Source: an uncultured Flavobacteriaceae bacterium
Lineage (GTDB): Bacteria > Bacteroidota > Bacteroidia > Flavobacteriales > Flavobacteriaceae
Direction of reading: 5' to 3'
Length of the DNA: 64,000 nt
Assembly (NCBI GenBank): GCA_945788155.1
Contig: CALZKX010000218.1
Span: 46,198 to 110,197, forward strand
Part shown: positions 48,339-57,849 of the stretch, one piece after another
Layout of the letters: each line of letters opens with the position of its first letter
Position numbering within the stretch: the first letter of the stretch is position 1
Made by a program: the position numbers and the translations under genes
Notes under the pieces: generated by a model
Databases searched by the model: none
What the model was told of the DNA's origin: nothing
Seen by the model: only the letters and a program-made list of their open reading frames with translations

Positions 48339-48472
48339 GTGTGGTAACAACGTGTCCTATAATCAATTGCTTGTTTTGTGTGTACTCGGAAAATCCGTAG
48401 GATTTTCCTTTGGTTCGTTTTCTTTTACTAATTTAGACCTAACCAACGCAACTAACCATACACGTTGGGCAT
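48339..48472 (+). repeat. attC-like site 1
   Basis: ...TAAC at left end, GTTGGGC at right end, arms AACGTGT/ACACGTT, central hairpin GGAAAATCC-GTA-GGATTTTCC. Confidence 0.7.
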
Positions 48473-48507
48473 AAGCAAAACATTAAAGTTAAATCGATAA
48501 TAAATTT

Positions 48508-48822
48508 ATGAAAGCAAATTGGCATTATTATATAATAAATACTTCCAATCAAGAAAATTTACGTTTTAGAATTATATCTGAAGGAAAAGATGTCTATTTT
48601 AAAAGCCCAGAGATAGTAACAATAGGCGATGGTCAAAAGGCTTATCGGATATCTTCTTTGAATACTGAGGCAATCGAGGAAACATATGATTTTACTTTAA
48701 CACTTCTAAATATAAATCAAGAAAGTTCTAGACTTGTGGATAGGTTGCCATTTCCCGATCCAAACAGTTTGTATGAAAATAGTGATGGTGAAATGCAGGC
48801 TGACATCTATATTTATATATAG
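48508..48822 (+). CDS. Hypothetical 104-aa protein, sole gene of cassette 2
   Basis: ORF fills the space between two attC-like sites. Confidence 0.6.
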   Translation: MKANWHYYIINTSNQENLRFRIISEGKDVYFKSPEIVTIGDGQKAYRISSLNTEAIEETYDFTLTLLNINQESSRLVDRLPFPDPNSLYENSDGEMQADIYIYI

Positions 48823-48832
48823 TAAATTGCCA

Positions 48833-49047
48833 ATGCCCAACAACGCATAACAGTTTATGGCTGCGCCAGTCGTGTATTGAATTTGAATTCTTACAAATTG
48901 CATTATCTTTAACCGACAAACACGAGTTTGCGGCGCCAACAGCACGCCGAATCGCACACTGACGCTTCCAACCGGGCTTTGCCCGTTGTCCTTCCGATTC
49001 GGCCGCCTATTCGCCACAAATGTTATACAAAACCGGTTGACAGCCAT
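48833..49047 (+). repeat. attC-like site 2 (long, GC-rich)
   Basis: Opens ATGCCCAAC (complement of GTTGGGCAT at 48464-48472), arms ATAACA/TGTTAT and TGGC/GCCA, closes GTTGACA. Confidence 0.7.
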
Positions 49048-49085
49048 TTTATGAAAAACATTTAGCGTTAATCAATTGAATCAAA

Positions 49086-49193
49086 TTATAATGGAACATT
49101 ACTAAATAAAATTATAATGGAAAATATTTTGCAATAATTTAGTTATAATGGAAGATATTTTGCATTTTTGTATATAAAACCATTATAATGGAA
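49086..49193 (+). repeat. Four direct repeats TTATAATGGAA, the last containing the Fic gene ATG
   Basis: Copies at 49086, 49112, 49143 and 49183. Confidence 0.85.
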
Positions 49194-50669
49194 AAAAAGA
49201 AGGCCTTACATCTAAATGAAATCATATACGCATCCAGAGATTCTATAGAATCAAGAAGAATATCAAATTGGGAGCGTGAAGGTTTAATACGCAAAATTGC
49301 TTCAAGGATTTATACCTCAAACCTTGAAGATACGCCAGAGGAAATCATACAACGCAATATATTTCCCATTTTAGGGAATCTGTATCCAGGAGCGATATTG
49401 AGTCACAGATCAGCTTTTGAATTTGCCCCAACGTCAAATGGGCAGATATTTGTAACTTATACATACACTAAAAAAGTAAAGCTTCCTGGAATTACCATTC
49501 GTTTTATGGAAGGTGCTCCAGCCATCAAGGGAGATACCTCGTTTTCTGGTGATTTAATGGTATCACATCGCGAACGCGCATTATTGGAAAATCTACAAGT
49601 ATCAAGACAGACAGGTGCTGATTCAAAAACTTTGGCATATCCTCAAATAGAAGAAAAGCTTGAAAAGATAATACATGTAAATGGTGAAAAAGAACTTAAT
49701 GCTGTGAGAGACCGAGCAAGGGAAGTTTCTGAAGAGGTAGGGATGCCAAAAGAGTTTGAAAAACTCAATAAAATTATAAGCGCACTTTTAACCACGAGAC
49801 CTGTAAAAGAATTAAAGTCACCAGTAGCAACTGCTCGTGCCAAAGGTAATCCTTATGACCCTGCTCGTTTGCAATTGTTTGAAATACTGTTTAAAGAACT
49901 GAAGCAACAGGAATTTAAGAACCGAGAAGAACAGAATATAACAACTCAATCCTATCGTAATTTTGCATTTTATGAGAGTTATTTCTCAAATTACATTGAA
50001 GGAACTGTTTTCGAAATTGATACTGCCAAACAAATCATTGCAACGCAACAACCACTTGCAGCACGTAATGAAGATTCACATGATGTTTTGGGTACGTATC
50101 AGTTGGTTTCCAATAAGCTGGAAATGAAAATTTTACCATTTTCGCCAGAAAATTTAATCGAGATACTTCAATATCGTCACGCGATTTTGTTAAGTGCACG
50201 AGAAGATAAAAAACCGGGCAAGTTTAAAGACAAAAATAATCAAGCAGGTGACACATCGTTTGTGGATATGGAACTGGTAAGAGGCACATTGATGCAGAGT
50301 TTTGATTTTTATAAGGCTTTGACTCATCCATTCGCAAAAGCAGCTTATATAATGTTTGTAGTAAGTGAGGTGCATCCGTTTCTTGACGGAAATGGTCGCA
50401 TGGCACGAGTAATGATGAATGCGGAACTTTCTAGTGGAGGTCACACTAAAATAATTATACCAACGGTTTATCGTGAAGATTACTTGGGCGGCTTGCGTCG
50501 TCTCTCCAGAAACGATGATCCGAAAGTTTATATTAGGATGTTAGAACGCGCTCAAGCGTTCAGTCATACCATTCACGGCAGCGAAATGGAGGTGATGGAG
50601 GAAACGTTGCGCAAGAGTAACGTTTTTAAAGAAAGTGCTGAAGGGGTTTTAAAAATTGTTGAATATTGA
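49188..50669 (+). CDS. Fic-domain protein with N-terminal AbiEi-like region
   Basis: HPFLDGNGRMAR Fic motif; SNYIEG; N-terminal GLIRKIASRIY...GAILSHRSA. Confidence 0.88.
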   Translation: MEKKKALHLNEIIYASRDSIESRRISNWEREGLIRKIASRIYTSNLEDTPEEIIQRNIFPILGNLYPGAILSHRSAFEFAPTSNGQIFVTYTYTKKVKLPGITIRFMEGAPAIKGDTSFSGDLMVSHRERALLENLQVSRQTGADSKTLAYPQIEEKLEKIIHVNGEKELNAVRDRAREVSEEVGMPKEFEKLNKIISALLTTRPVKELKSPVATARAKGNPYDPARLQLFEILFKELKQQEFKNREEQNITTQSYRNFAFYESYFSNYIEGTVFEIDTAKQIIATQQPLAARNEDSHDVLGTYQLVSNKLEMKILPFSPENLIEILQYRHAILLSAREDKKPGKFKDKNNQAGDTSFVDMELVRGTLMQSFDFYKALTHPFAKAAYIMFVVSEVHPFLDGNGRMARVMMNAELSSGGHTKIIIPTVYREDYLGGLRRLSRNDDPKVYIRMLERAQAFSHTIHGSEMEVMEETLRKSNVFKESAEGVLKIVEY

Positions 50670-50889
50670 TGAGATATCAGAAATAAACTTTATTCTATTA
50701 CAACTGAATTTGGATTGTAACCAAATATCCTCAAAATGCAGATTTCACTTGGAAATTTTTTTGAAAACGATTACTTTAATTGGAATGATAACATTTTGTG
50801 CCTTTTGATTGTTTTTAGTTTGTGCCATATATTGCATATCGCAATATGCGATTTTGGTTCTATTTGTTGATTTGATTTTTACATTAAAA

Positions 50890-52104
50890 TCAAAAATTCA
50901 CTACACTATCCAAAGCATCATCGGCATCTTTATGGATAAAATTTGCTTGATATGTCAAAGTTGTCTTTAAATCACTATGTCTATATAGTTTCTGTAACAT
51001 TAAAGGATGGATAGTGTCACCAGCAATATTACCAAAAGAATGCCTAGCGATATGCATTGTTATCTTTTTACTTATACCTGCTTTTTTGGCAATCGATTTT
51101 AGGTGAGTGTTAAACTTTCTATTCGCTGTTTTAAGTTTATTGAAAACATCCTTTGCATTAGTGTGGTCAGCTTTTTTTAATTCAGGAAATATAAAATCAA
51201 TTTCACTTCTTTTATCTTGTTTGTACTTATTTAATATGAGTAGAGCCTTTTGAGGGATTTTTATGGAAATCAGTTTAGAATTCTTACCCATTCTATATTG
51301 AAGTCTATTATCATTAATATCAGACCATCTAGTCTTTAGAACATCAGCAATTCTCATACCTGCAAAGTTAAAACTGTAAAGCCATATATTTCTTGTGTGG
51401 GCTTCACTCAGTGTTAGATCAATTAAGTTTTCAATTATTTTAATTTCTTGAATGTTCAGTCCTACCTTAATAGTTTCAGGAAACTTAATTCTTATTCTAT
51501 TTCCTCCAAATGGATACAATTCTCTGTTCACTATTTTTTGATTAATGGCTCTATTATATAGTAATCGTATTAGAACCATAATATTCATTATGGAAGTCTC
51601 TGAAAGTTTATGTTTTGTTTTTACATAAAGTATGAATTTCTTCAAAAAACGTTCGTCAATTTCTTGAAAAGCGAGTTGCTTTGATTTGTTGAACTTAAGA
51701 ATATATCCAATCCAGGCCCTGTCAGCTGAAAGTCTGTTTAATTTATCCAGACTTTCTAAATCGTCAAGATGTTCTTGGGCTAGTTCAAAAAAAGTTGAAT
51801 TTCCACCTGAACTATATAACTCTCTTTTGATTTGATTTGCAGAGGCATCTTTCTTTTCAGATTGCAAAGATATTAAAGCCTTGTTTACTTTTGAAAGTTC
51901 AAGAGACAACAAAGCGTTTAAACTGTCTGAATTTATATGAGATTTTTTAACTCGAATATTTTTGTTGTCCCAATCCTCAATATCGATGTAATGACCAACA
52001 TATTGATAAGTAGAACGACGATTTTTAGTAATACGGATAGCAAGTGGAAATAATCCCTTTTTATTTGGCTTTTTGCGAAGAACTATCTTAGCATTTGATG
52101 ACAT
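50890..52104 (-). CDS. Tyrosine integrase (Bacteroidota Arm-binding/SAM/catalytic type)
   Basis: GMRIADV (R), HIARHSF (HxxR), RHSDLKTTLTY (H, Y); adjacent to att site. Confidence 0.93.
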   Translation of the reverse strand: MSSNAKIVLRKKPNKKGLFPLAIRITKNRRSTYQYVGHYIDIEDWDNKNIRVKKSHINSDSLNALLSLELSKVNKALISLQSEKKDASANQIKRELYSSGGNSTFFELAQEHLDDLESLDKLNRLSADRAWIGYILKFNKSKQLAFQEIDERFLKKFILYVKTKHKLSETSIMNIMVLIRLLYNRAINQKIVNRELYPFGGNRIRIKFPETIKVGLNIQEIKIIENLIDLTLSEAHTRNIWLYSFNFAGMRIADVLKTRWSDINDNRLQYRMGKNSKLISIKIPQKALLILNKYKQDKRSEIDFIFPELKKADHTNAKDVFNKLKTANRKFNTHLKSIAKKAGISKKITMHIARHSFGNIAGDTIHPLMLQKLYRHSDLKTTLTYQANFIHKDADDALDSVVNF

Positions 52105-52137
52105 AATTAACCTGTTTTGCGCACGAAAGTCAAGTCA

Positions 52138-52242
52138 GGTACAACATAGGTACAACATTCTATTTTGAATGTAGTACTTGTCTTAGAATTTCCCTAAAGA
52201 TACGAATTTATTGGTCTTTTTGGGTACAACATAGGTACAACA
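52138..52242. repeat. Two copies of GGTACAACATAGGTACAACA, putative integrase arm-type sites
   Basis: Identical 20-mers at 52138-52157 and 52223-52242, each a pair of GGTACAACA. Confidence 0.8.
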
Positions 52243-52339
52243 AATGCTGAAATCAATTGATATTAGATGATATCAAATAAAATGTGAAATCACTTAAACA
52301 ATTGAAAATGAATGACTTTGCTATTGTTTGGGCAAATGT

Positions 52340-52399
52340 ACGCTAGACTTAGGATCTAGTGCCGCAAGGTGTGAGAGTTCGAGTCTCTCCGCCTGTACA
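52340..52399 (+). tRNA. 3' fragment of tRNA-Leu(TAG), att site of the ICE; not an intact tRNA
   Basis: Anticodon arm CTAGA-CTTAGGA-TCTAG, variable arm GCC-GCAA-GGT, T arm GAGAG-TTCGAGT-CTCTC; 5' acceptor strand and D arm missing. Confidence 0.9.
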
Positions 52400-52403
52400 A
52401 ATT

Positions 52404-52434
52404 AAAAAAGCTTCTTTGTATGAGAAGCTTTTTT
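52404..52434. terminator. Bidirectional intrinsic terminator
   Basis: AAAAAAGCTTCT-N7-AGAAGCTTTTTT. Confidence 0.85.
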
Positions 52435-52450
52435 CTTAATAGTTATATTT

Positions 52451-52930
52451 TTAATCTCTAGATGCAAATTTCTTATAAACAAAACCCGCAATAGCTCCCA
52501 TGATGGCAAAAAATACTATATAGGTAACACCATCTATTAGCGTTCCAGTTATGTCAAGTAAATTCATTACAGAATAATTGACAATTCCAGCACCAAACCC
52601 AACTAAAATGCCAATCCATACTCCAAAACCTGTACCACTACTAGCTCCATAATTTCCTTGAGCCCATTTGCTGTAAATATTTGAAACTACAAAACCTACA
52701 ACAATACAGCCAATAATGAGATGAATCGTATCAATATTTTCATCAGAGCGGTAAAGACCTTGTGTCATGACATGATCTGTCAGAATTGGATCTACTAGCA
52801 TACCCCAAAGTAGGTAGCCTCCTAAAAATCCCCAAACAGCTGTAGCCAGAGCTGAGATTAAATTTGTTTTTGAAAACATAATTATTAAATTACTAGTTAG
52901 TATGCATATAAAAGTATATAATTTCATCAA
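52451..52930 (-). CDS. Four-TM membrane protein (DUF1761-like)
   Basis: Gly-rich TM helices; real start likely MFSKTN. Confidence 0.6.
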   Translation of the reverse strand: MMKLYTFICILTSNLIIMFSKTNLISALATAVWGFLGGYLLWGMLVDPILTDHVMTQGLYRSDENIDTIHLIIGCIVVGFVVSNIYSKWAQGNYGASSGTGFGVWIGILVGFGAGIVNYSVMNLLDITGTLIDGVTYIVFFAIMGAIAGFVYKKFASRD

Positions 52931-53041
52931 ATTAATTATAAAAACGTTAATATTTTATAAATAATGTAATTTGTTATATAAATGATAAAATTACGACTAA
53001 CCTCAAATATTCCGTAAATTTGTAGAAAGTATTATCCCAAT

Positions 53042-55417
53042 ATGCAAGATATTAATGAAAATATTGAATCGCCTTTAGATCTCAAAGTTAGCTTCAATAA
53101 GCTTCTAAATCATTATGAAGCTTTGGTTGGAAGCGATGATGAATTTATCTCGGCAAAAGCAAAACGAGTATTAAAAACAGCAAATCAATATCCAGAATTA
53201 CGAGATGGTTTTAGTAATCCTGATATCTTAGAAAAACGCAAAAAGGAAATTAGTATCATTCTTCAAGATTCTTTTAGTCCAGTATTGACTAAAAATGAAA
53301 TTAAAACAGCATCTGTCCCTTTTCATAATTTAATTTTTAATTCTTCTAAAAGGTTTAAAAGTATTATAGAAACTGCAGGTGATGATTTTGAATTAAAAAT
53401 AAAGAATATGCCAGAAGATGATAGGTACATTATTGCATGTACTATTGTTTTGGCATTTTGTTATGGATACAATATTAATTTTAAGCGTCCTTTTTATTAC
53501 GAAATTCCAGATGCAAATGGTATTTTAAGATATTATAAAATCTTGTATAATGCCGATTTTACTGAGATAACACCAAAAAAGAGTGCACCTAAAATTACTC
53601 AAGAAGATTATGAGATGTTGCTTGATAATTTTGAAAATATTGATTTATGGAAAGAAAAATTTCCACCAAATAGTTACACTTTTAAAGGTTTTGTAATTTC
53701 TAATATTTTTGATGTTACCGACGACCAATCTATATCTAATATTAAATCATCATTAATAGGAGAAGATAAGAGGCAAGATGAAGGGTTTATGAAAAACTTC
53801 TATGAAATTTTCCAATCACTTTTAGGCTTTAAGGACATTAAAGTTGGGTTTTCAATTTATAATGACGAAGAAGACATTTTTGAACGTGTCTATGGCGTAG
53901 GAATGAATAGTTTTTTACTTAATGATCTAGAAACTTCAAAATGCTCGGATGCTTTATGTAGTTGGTCATACAAGAGACTTCTGGAAGATAAAAAATACTT
54001 TTCTGTATCAGATGTAGATAGATTGTATAAAACATCTAAAGGTAAGGCACCACATATAAAATCACTCTATAAACAAGGTTTAAAATCTGCTATTTTTGCG
54101 CCTATTGCAAATGATTATGGACTCATGGGAATACTCGAAATTGTATCAAAAGAACCATTGGTTCTAAACAGTATTAATGCCAATAAGTTGGAAGATGTTA
54201 TGCCATTTATTGTGTCTGCCGTGGAACGCTCAAAGAATGATGAAGAAAATTTGATTGAAGCTATAATACAAAAAGAATGCACATCTATTCACCCAAGTGT
54301 GCATTGGCGATTTGTAAAAGAAGCTAAAAACTTTATTAAAGACCAATTTAGTGGTAACGAACCAACATTTAATAAAATAGCTTTCGAAAATATTTATCCA
54401 TTATATGGGCAAATAGATATTAAAGGCTCTTCCGAAGCAAGAAATTGGGCAACCCAACAGGATTTAAAAATACAATTAAAATCTATTAATTCAATACTCG
54501 AAAACGCTCATAAAATTGAAGCATTGCCAATATACGAGCAATATATGTACCAAGTAAAAGGCTATTTGGCTGGTTTATATAATAATTTTCAAGTTGATAG
54601 CGAACAGCAAATATCCTCTTTTTTTAAGCAGGATATTCACGATGTTCTTCAGCATTTATACAATGCAAATATTTTAAAACCAGAAATTGACAGTTATTAT
54701 AATAGCATAGATGAAAAAGTGGATGTTTTGTACAAACATAGAAAAGAATACGACGATACTATTGCTTACATTAACAAAGAAATGGCAGCACTTTTAGACA
54801 AAAAGCAAATTGAAGCACAAGCAATGTACCCTCATTATTTTGAGCGCTTTAAAACCGATGGTGTTGAGCATAATATGTACATAGGAGAGTCTATAACTAA
54901 AGACGATAGCTTTAACCCTATTTACTTATACAATTTAAGATTGTGGCAATTGCAAGTCATGTGCGAAATGGAAAATTCTTATTATCTAATGAAATCTGAA
55001 TTCCCTGTGTCATTAGACGTGGCTTCAATGATTTTAGTGTTTAATCAGCCATTATCCATAAGTTTTAGAATGGACGAAAAACAATTTGATGTTGATGGCA
55101 CTTACAATGCACGTTACGAAATTGTAAAAAAACGTGTAGATAAAGCATACATAAAAGGCACCAAAGAGCGTGTTACCCAAAAAGGTAAAATAAGCATTGT
55201 GTATTCCCAAAAACAAGATGAAATAGAGTATTTAAGATATATCAAGTTCTTACAATCTAAAAAGTATTTAGATACAGATGTGGAAATAGTTGAGTTACAA
55301 GACTTACAAGCAGTAACTGGATTAAAAGCAATCAGGGTAAGTGTTCTATATCATAAAAATGATGACGATAAAGCGTTTTACACCTATGAAGATTTAATGA
55401 AAGAAATTAAGGTTTAA
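53042..55417 (+). CDS. GAF-domain protein with possible divergent cyclase-like C-terminus
   Basis: GAF pattern SAIFAPI...MGILEIVS; TAAATTTG promoter element at 53015-53022. Confidence 0.75.
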   Translation: MQDINENIESPLDLKVSFNKLLNHYEALVGSDDEFISAKAKRVLKTANQYPELRDGFSNPDILEKRKKEISIILQDSFSPVLTKNEIKTASVPFHNLIFNSSKRFKSIIETAGDDFELKIKNMPEDDRYIIACTIVLAFCYGYNINFKRPFYYEIPDANGILRYYKILYNADFTEITPKKSAPKITQEDYEMLLDNFENIDLWKEKFPPNSYTFKGFVISNIFDVTDDQSISNIKSSLIGEDKRQDEGFMKNFYEIFQSLLGFKDIKVGFSIYNDEEDIFERVYGVGMNSFLLNDLETSKCSDALCSWSYKRLLEDKKYFSVSDVDRLYKTSKGKAPHIKSLYKQGLKSAIFAPIANDYGLMGILEIVSKEPLVLNSINANKLEDVMPFIVSAVERSKNDEENLIEAIIQKECTSIHPSVHWRFVKEAKNFIKDQFSGNEPTFNKIAFENIYPLYGQIDIKGSSEARNWATQQDLKIQLKSINSILENAHKIEALPIYEQYMYQVKGYLAGLYNNFQVDSEQQISSFFKQDIHDVLQHLYNANILKPEIDSYYNSIDEKVDVLYKHRKEYDDTIAYINKEMAALLDKKQIEAQAMYPHYFERFKTDGVEHNMYIGESITKDDSFNPIYLYNLRLWQLQVMCEMENSYYLMKSEFPVSLDVASMILVFNQPLSISFRMDEKQFDVDGTYNARYEIVKKRVDKAYIKGTKERVTQKGKISIVYSQKQDEIEYLRYIKFLQSKKYLDTDVEIVELQDLQAVTGLKAIRVSVLYHKNDDDKAFYTYEDLMKEIKV

Positions 55418-55426
55418 TTTCCCCTT

Positions 55427-56635
55427 TCAATTTATAGTACTTATTCCAAAAAAGTGAAATGCTACGGCAAAAGAAATAACACTTATCACTATACCAATCA
55501 TAAAAACAGTATAAGTTAACCTTAGCAAGTTGTACTTTCTATTTAATACCAAACCAAGAAAATACAAATCTTTAGTAAGGGAACCATAAAGATAATCTCT
55601 GTCTTGCATCATTTCTCCCATTGCCCACTCAAATTCGTCAAGTTTCATTTTATGAAAATTTCCAAAAAACAATAAATTAACTTTTTTATTGGCAACATCT
55701 TGTTTGCTGAACTTCCCTTTGGTAACATTTGGTCGTGTGGCTAACACCGATAAAACAATTGAAGCTACTGTAAATAAAGTAAAAATTACAGTAGGCCAAA
55801 TTAAATAATCGTTTGTTGGGTTGTCTAGCTTTGATACCAAATTTGATAAAACTAATGATATGATAATGGCATTTACAGATAATAATATATTGGCTTTTGT
55901 ATCAGCTATATCACTAAGTGTAATATGATTTCTAAGCGCAACCCTAAACATAGTTTCTATGCCGCGTTCTGGTAATTCAACTTTATGTTTTTTGAATTTT
56001 AATTCTTCTTTTTTATGCTTTAATTTTGAACTTTCTAATAATAGTTTTTTTTGCATTTTTAAAAGTTGTGACAAGTTTTTCCCTTTTCCCTTGTCCCAAA
56101 TTGAAGAAGCTTCATTAGTGTAAAACCTATGTTTTGTCGATAAAAAATTTATGTTTTCAGTAAGCCACTCAGCCTCTGTAAGCGTTTTACCACATGTTAA
56201 TTCCCATTCTTTTCTAAGTAGTTCAGAAATATCAATATAATTTTTACTTCCTATATGAGCACAATCGGCATCCCTGATAATTTTATCCAATTTATTAGTA
56301 GGCTCATGGCTTATTTTAGTTGCCAAAATTAAACTACAAACAATGTCAATAGCTTCTTTTTTGCAACCTTGTTCAGCTAAAAAAGCTGTAGCAATTTTTA
56401 CACTTTCATTTTCATGGTTGTCAATTGTTACAGTATAACCTACATCATGTAACCAAGCAGTGAGTAAAAGATATTTTTTTTCGAGTTCGTTAATTTGAGC
56501 AAGCTCAGCAAGTTCATTAGCCTTTTCAACAACACGTTGTGTGTGTGCTAAATTGTGATAAACAAATGTATTATCGAGCTTATTATTTAACAATTCAATA
56601 GCAAATTTTTCGGTTTCAGAAATTAAATTTTCCAT
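55427..56635 (-). CDS. HD-domain / Pycsar-effector-like (DUF5706) membrane protein
   Basis: YHN..HT, WLHDVG, HE..S, RDAD; C-terminal ADTKANILL, TM helices, NLLFFG, L.RKY. Confidence 0.85.
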   Translation of the reverse strand: MENLISETEKFAIELLNNKLDNTFVYHNLAHTQRVVEKANELAELAQINELEKKYLLLTAWLHDVGYTVTIDNHENESVKIATAFLAEQGCKKEAIDIVCSLILATKISHEPTNKLDKIIRDADCAHIGSKNYIDISELLRKEWELTCGKTLTEAEWLTENINFLSTKHRFYTNEASSIWDKGKGKNLSQLLKMQKKLLLESSKLKHKKEELKFKKHKVELPERGIETMFRVALRNHITLSDIADTKANILLSVNAIIISLVLSNLVSKLDNPTNDYLIWPTVIFTLFTVASIVLSVLATRPNVTKGKFSKQDVANKKVNLLFFGNFHKMKLDEFEWAMGEMMQDRDYLYGSLTKDLYFLGLVLNRKYNLLRLTYTVFMIGIVISVISFAVAFHFFGISTIN

Positions 56636-56817
56636 ACAGAAAGATGATTTTCAGTAAATGTACTAAACTTTATTTAACATAAATGTTTGTCGTAAATTTT
56701 ACAATTACTTTCGTTTTTGTAATCATAAACACATTTGTAAGTATTTGAGCTATTTTTCGACTATATTTAAATTGAAAAAGCATATTTATTAATTAACAGA
56801 AGAAAGAAACCAACACT

Positions 56818-57279
56818 ATGCTAACTTGGAAAGAAGTCATCAACTTTTCCGTAAACGGAAATCCAACTCCAGACAAACGAGTTGAAAAAACTGAAGCCGA
56901 ATGGCGAGCTCAATTAACTCCAGAGCAATTTCGAATTACAAGACAAAAAGGGACTGAAAGTCCGCACAGTGGTGAACTTTGTAGTATTTACGAACAAGGC
57001 AAGTACAATTGCGTGTGTTGCAATGCACCTTTGTTCGACTCTACAATTAAGTTTAGCTCAGGTACAGGTTGGCCAAGTTTTACGCAACCAATTAAGGAAA
57101 ATGCTATTAAGTACCATAGAGATACTTCTTATGGTATGGTTCGCGTTGAGGTAATGTGTAATACCTGTGATGCGCATTTAGGTCATGTGTTTCCAGATGG
57201 ACCTGAACCTAGTGGCTTGCGTTATTGTGTTAATTCTGAATCTATGATTTTGGATAAGGAGGCTGTAAATGATAATTAA
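56818..57279 (+). CDS. msrB: Peptide-methionine (R)-S-oxide reductase
   Basis: GTGWPSF, HLGHVFPDGP, RYCVNS. Confidence 0.97.
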   Translation: MLTWKEVINFSVNGNPTPDKRVEKTEAEWRAQLTPEQFRITRQKGTESPHSGELCSIYEQGKYNCVCCNAPLFDSTIKFSSGTGWPSFTQPIKENAIKYHRDTSYGMVRVEVMCNTCDAHLGHVFPDGPEPSGLRYCVNSESMILDKEAVNDN

Positions 57280-57808
57280 AAACTTGCAATTAGCTACCTT
57301 CGGAGGAGGATGCTTTTGGTGCACAGAAGCAGTATTTCAAGAAGTAAAAGGTGTAGAAAAAGTAGTGCCAGGATACTCTGGTGGTAATGTTCCAGGGCAT
57401 CCAACCTATAGAGAGATTTGCTCAGGATTAACTGGACATGCCGAAGTAGTTCAAGTAACTTTTGATGCGAATGTGATTTCTTATGAAGATATCCTAGTGA
57501 TTTTTATGACGACTCATGATCCAACAACATTGAATCGTCAAGGAGCAGATAGAGGCACACAATATCGCTCTGTAATTTACTATCATAACGATGAACAAAA
57601 AGAAATTTCAGAAATCGTTTCAAAAGAAATTACATCTTATTATGAAAACCCGATTGTAACCGAAATTAGTCCGCTAGATGTTTTTTATGAAGCCGAAAAA
57701 GAACATCAAGATTACTATAAAAACAATAAGTCGCAAGGTTATTGTAGCTTTGTAATAACACCAAAACTGGCAAAGCTTCGCAAGCTTCATGCAAATAAGT
57801 TAAAATAA
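57269..57808 (+). CDS. msrA: Peptide-methionine (S)-S-oxide reductase
   Basis: GGGCFWC, GHAEVV, QYRS, AE.EHQDY. Confidence 0.97.
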   Translation: MIIKNLQLATFGGGCFWCTEAVFQEVKGVEKVVPGYSGGNVPGHPTYREICSGLTGHAEVVQVTFDANVISYEDILVIFMTTHDPTTLNRQGADRGTQYRSVIYYHNDEQKEISEIVSKEITSYYENPIVTEISPLDVFYEAEKEHQDYYKNNKSQGYCSFVITPKLAKLRKLHANKLK

Positions 57809-57849
57809 TATTCAATGACTATCTTTAACTACTTGGAAACAATTATACA

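Larger units (their letters stand above)
45605..48464 (+). mobile_element. Integron-like gene cassette 1 (ECF sigma, membrane protein, hydrolase)
   Basis: Starts G/TTACCACAC (45605); its 3' attC-like site opens with the exact complement GTGTGGTAAC (48339-48348). Confidence 0.7.
1..52399. mobile_element. Integrative conjugative element (Bacteroidota CTn-like), left end outside window, right end at tRNA-Leu att site
   Basis: Relaxase, coupling protein, TraE/F/G/I/J/K/M/N-like genes, RteC, Xis-like HTH and tyrosine integrase next to a 3' tRNA fragment; housekeeping-type genes resume after 52,450. Confidence 0.9.

Noticed and set aside
48706-49047. 113-aa and 63-aa minus-strand ORFs
   Set aside because: They run through the GC-rich attC-like palindrome and overlap the cassette gene; probably shadow ORFs
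49086-49193. Possible CRISPR-like array
   Set aside because: Repeats are only 11-21 bp, spacing is irregular (26, 31, 40 bp), and there are no cas genes; operator boxes fit better
50831-50852. Short palindrome ATCGCA-ATA-TGCGAT between Fic and integrase genes
   Set aside because: Short; at most a weak terminator for the convergent genes
50890-52104. Integron integrase for the nearby cassettes
   Set aside because: It has the N-terminal arm-binding region of ICE integrases, sits at the tRNA att site, and I see no IntI-specific insertion
52340-52399. Functional tRNA-Leu gene
   Set aside because: 5' acceptor strand and D arm are missing; it is the att duplication
55427-56635. Complete canonical Pycsar defence system
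   Set aside because: No canonical PycC next to it, it is fused to an HD domain, and the context is housekeeping; kept only as a signalling hypothesis
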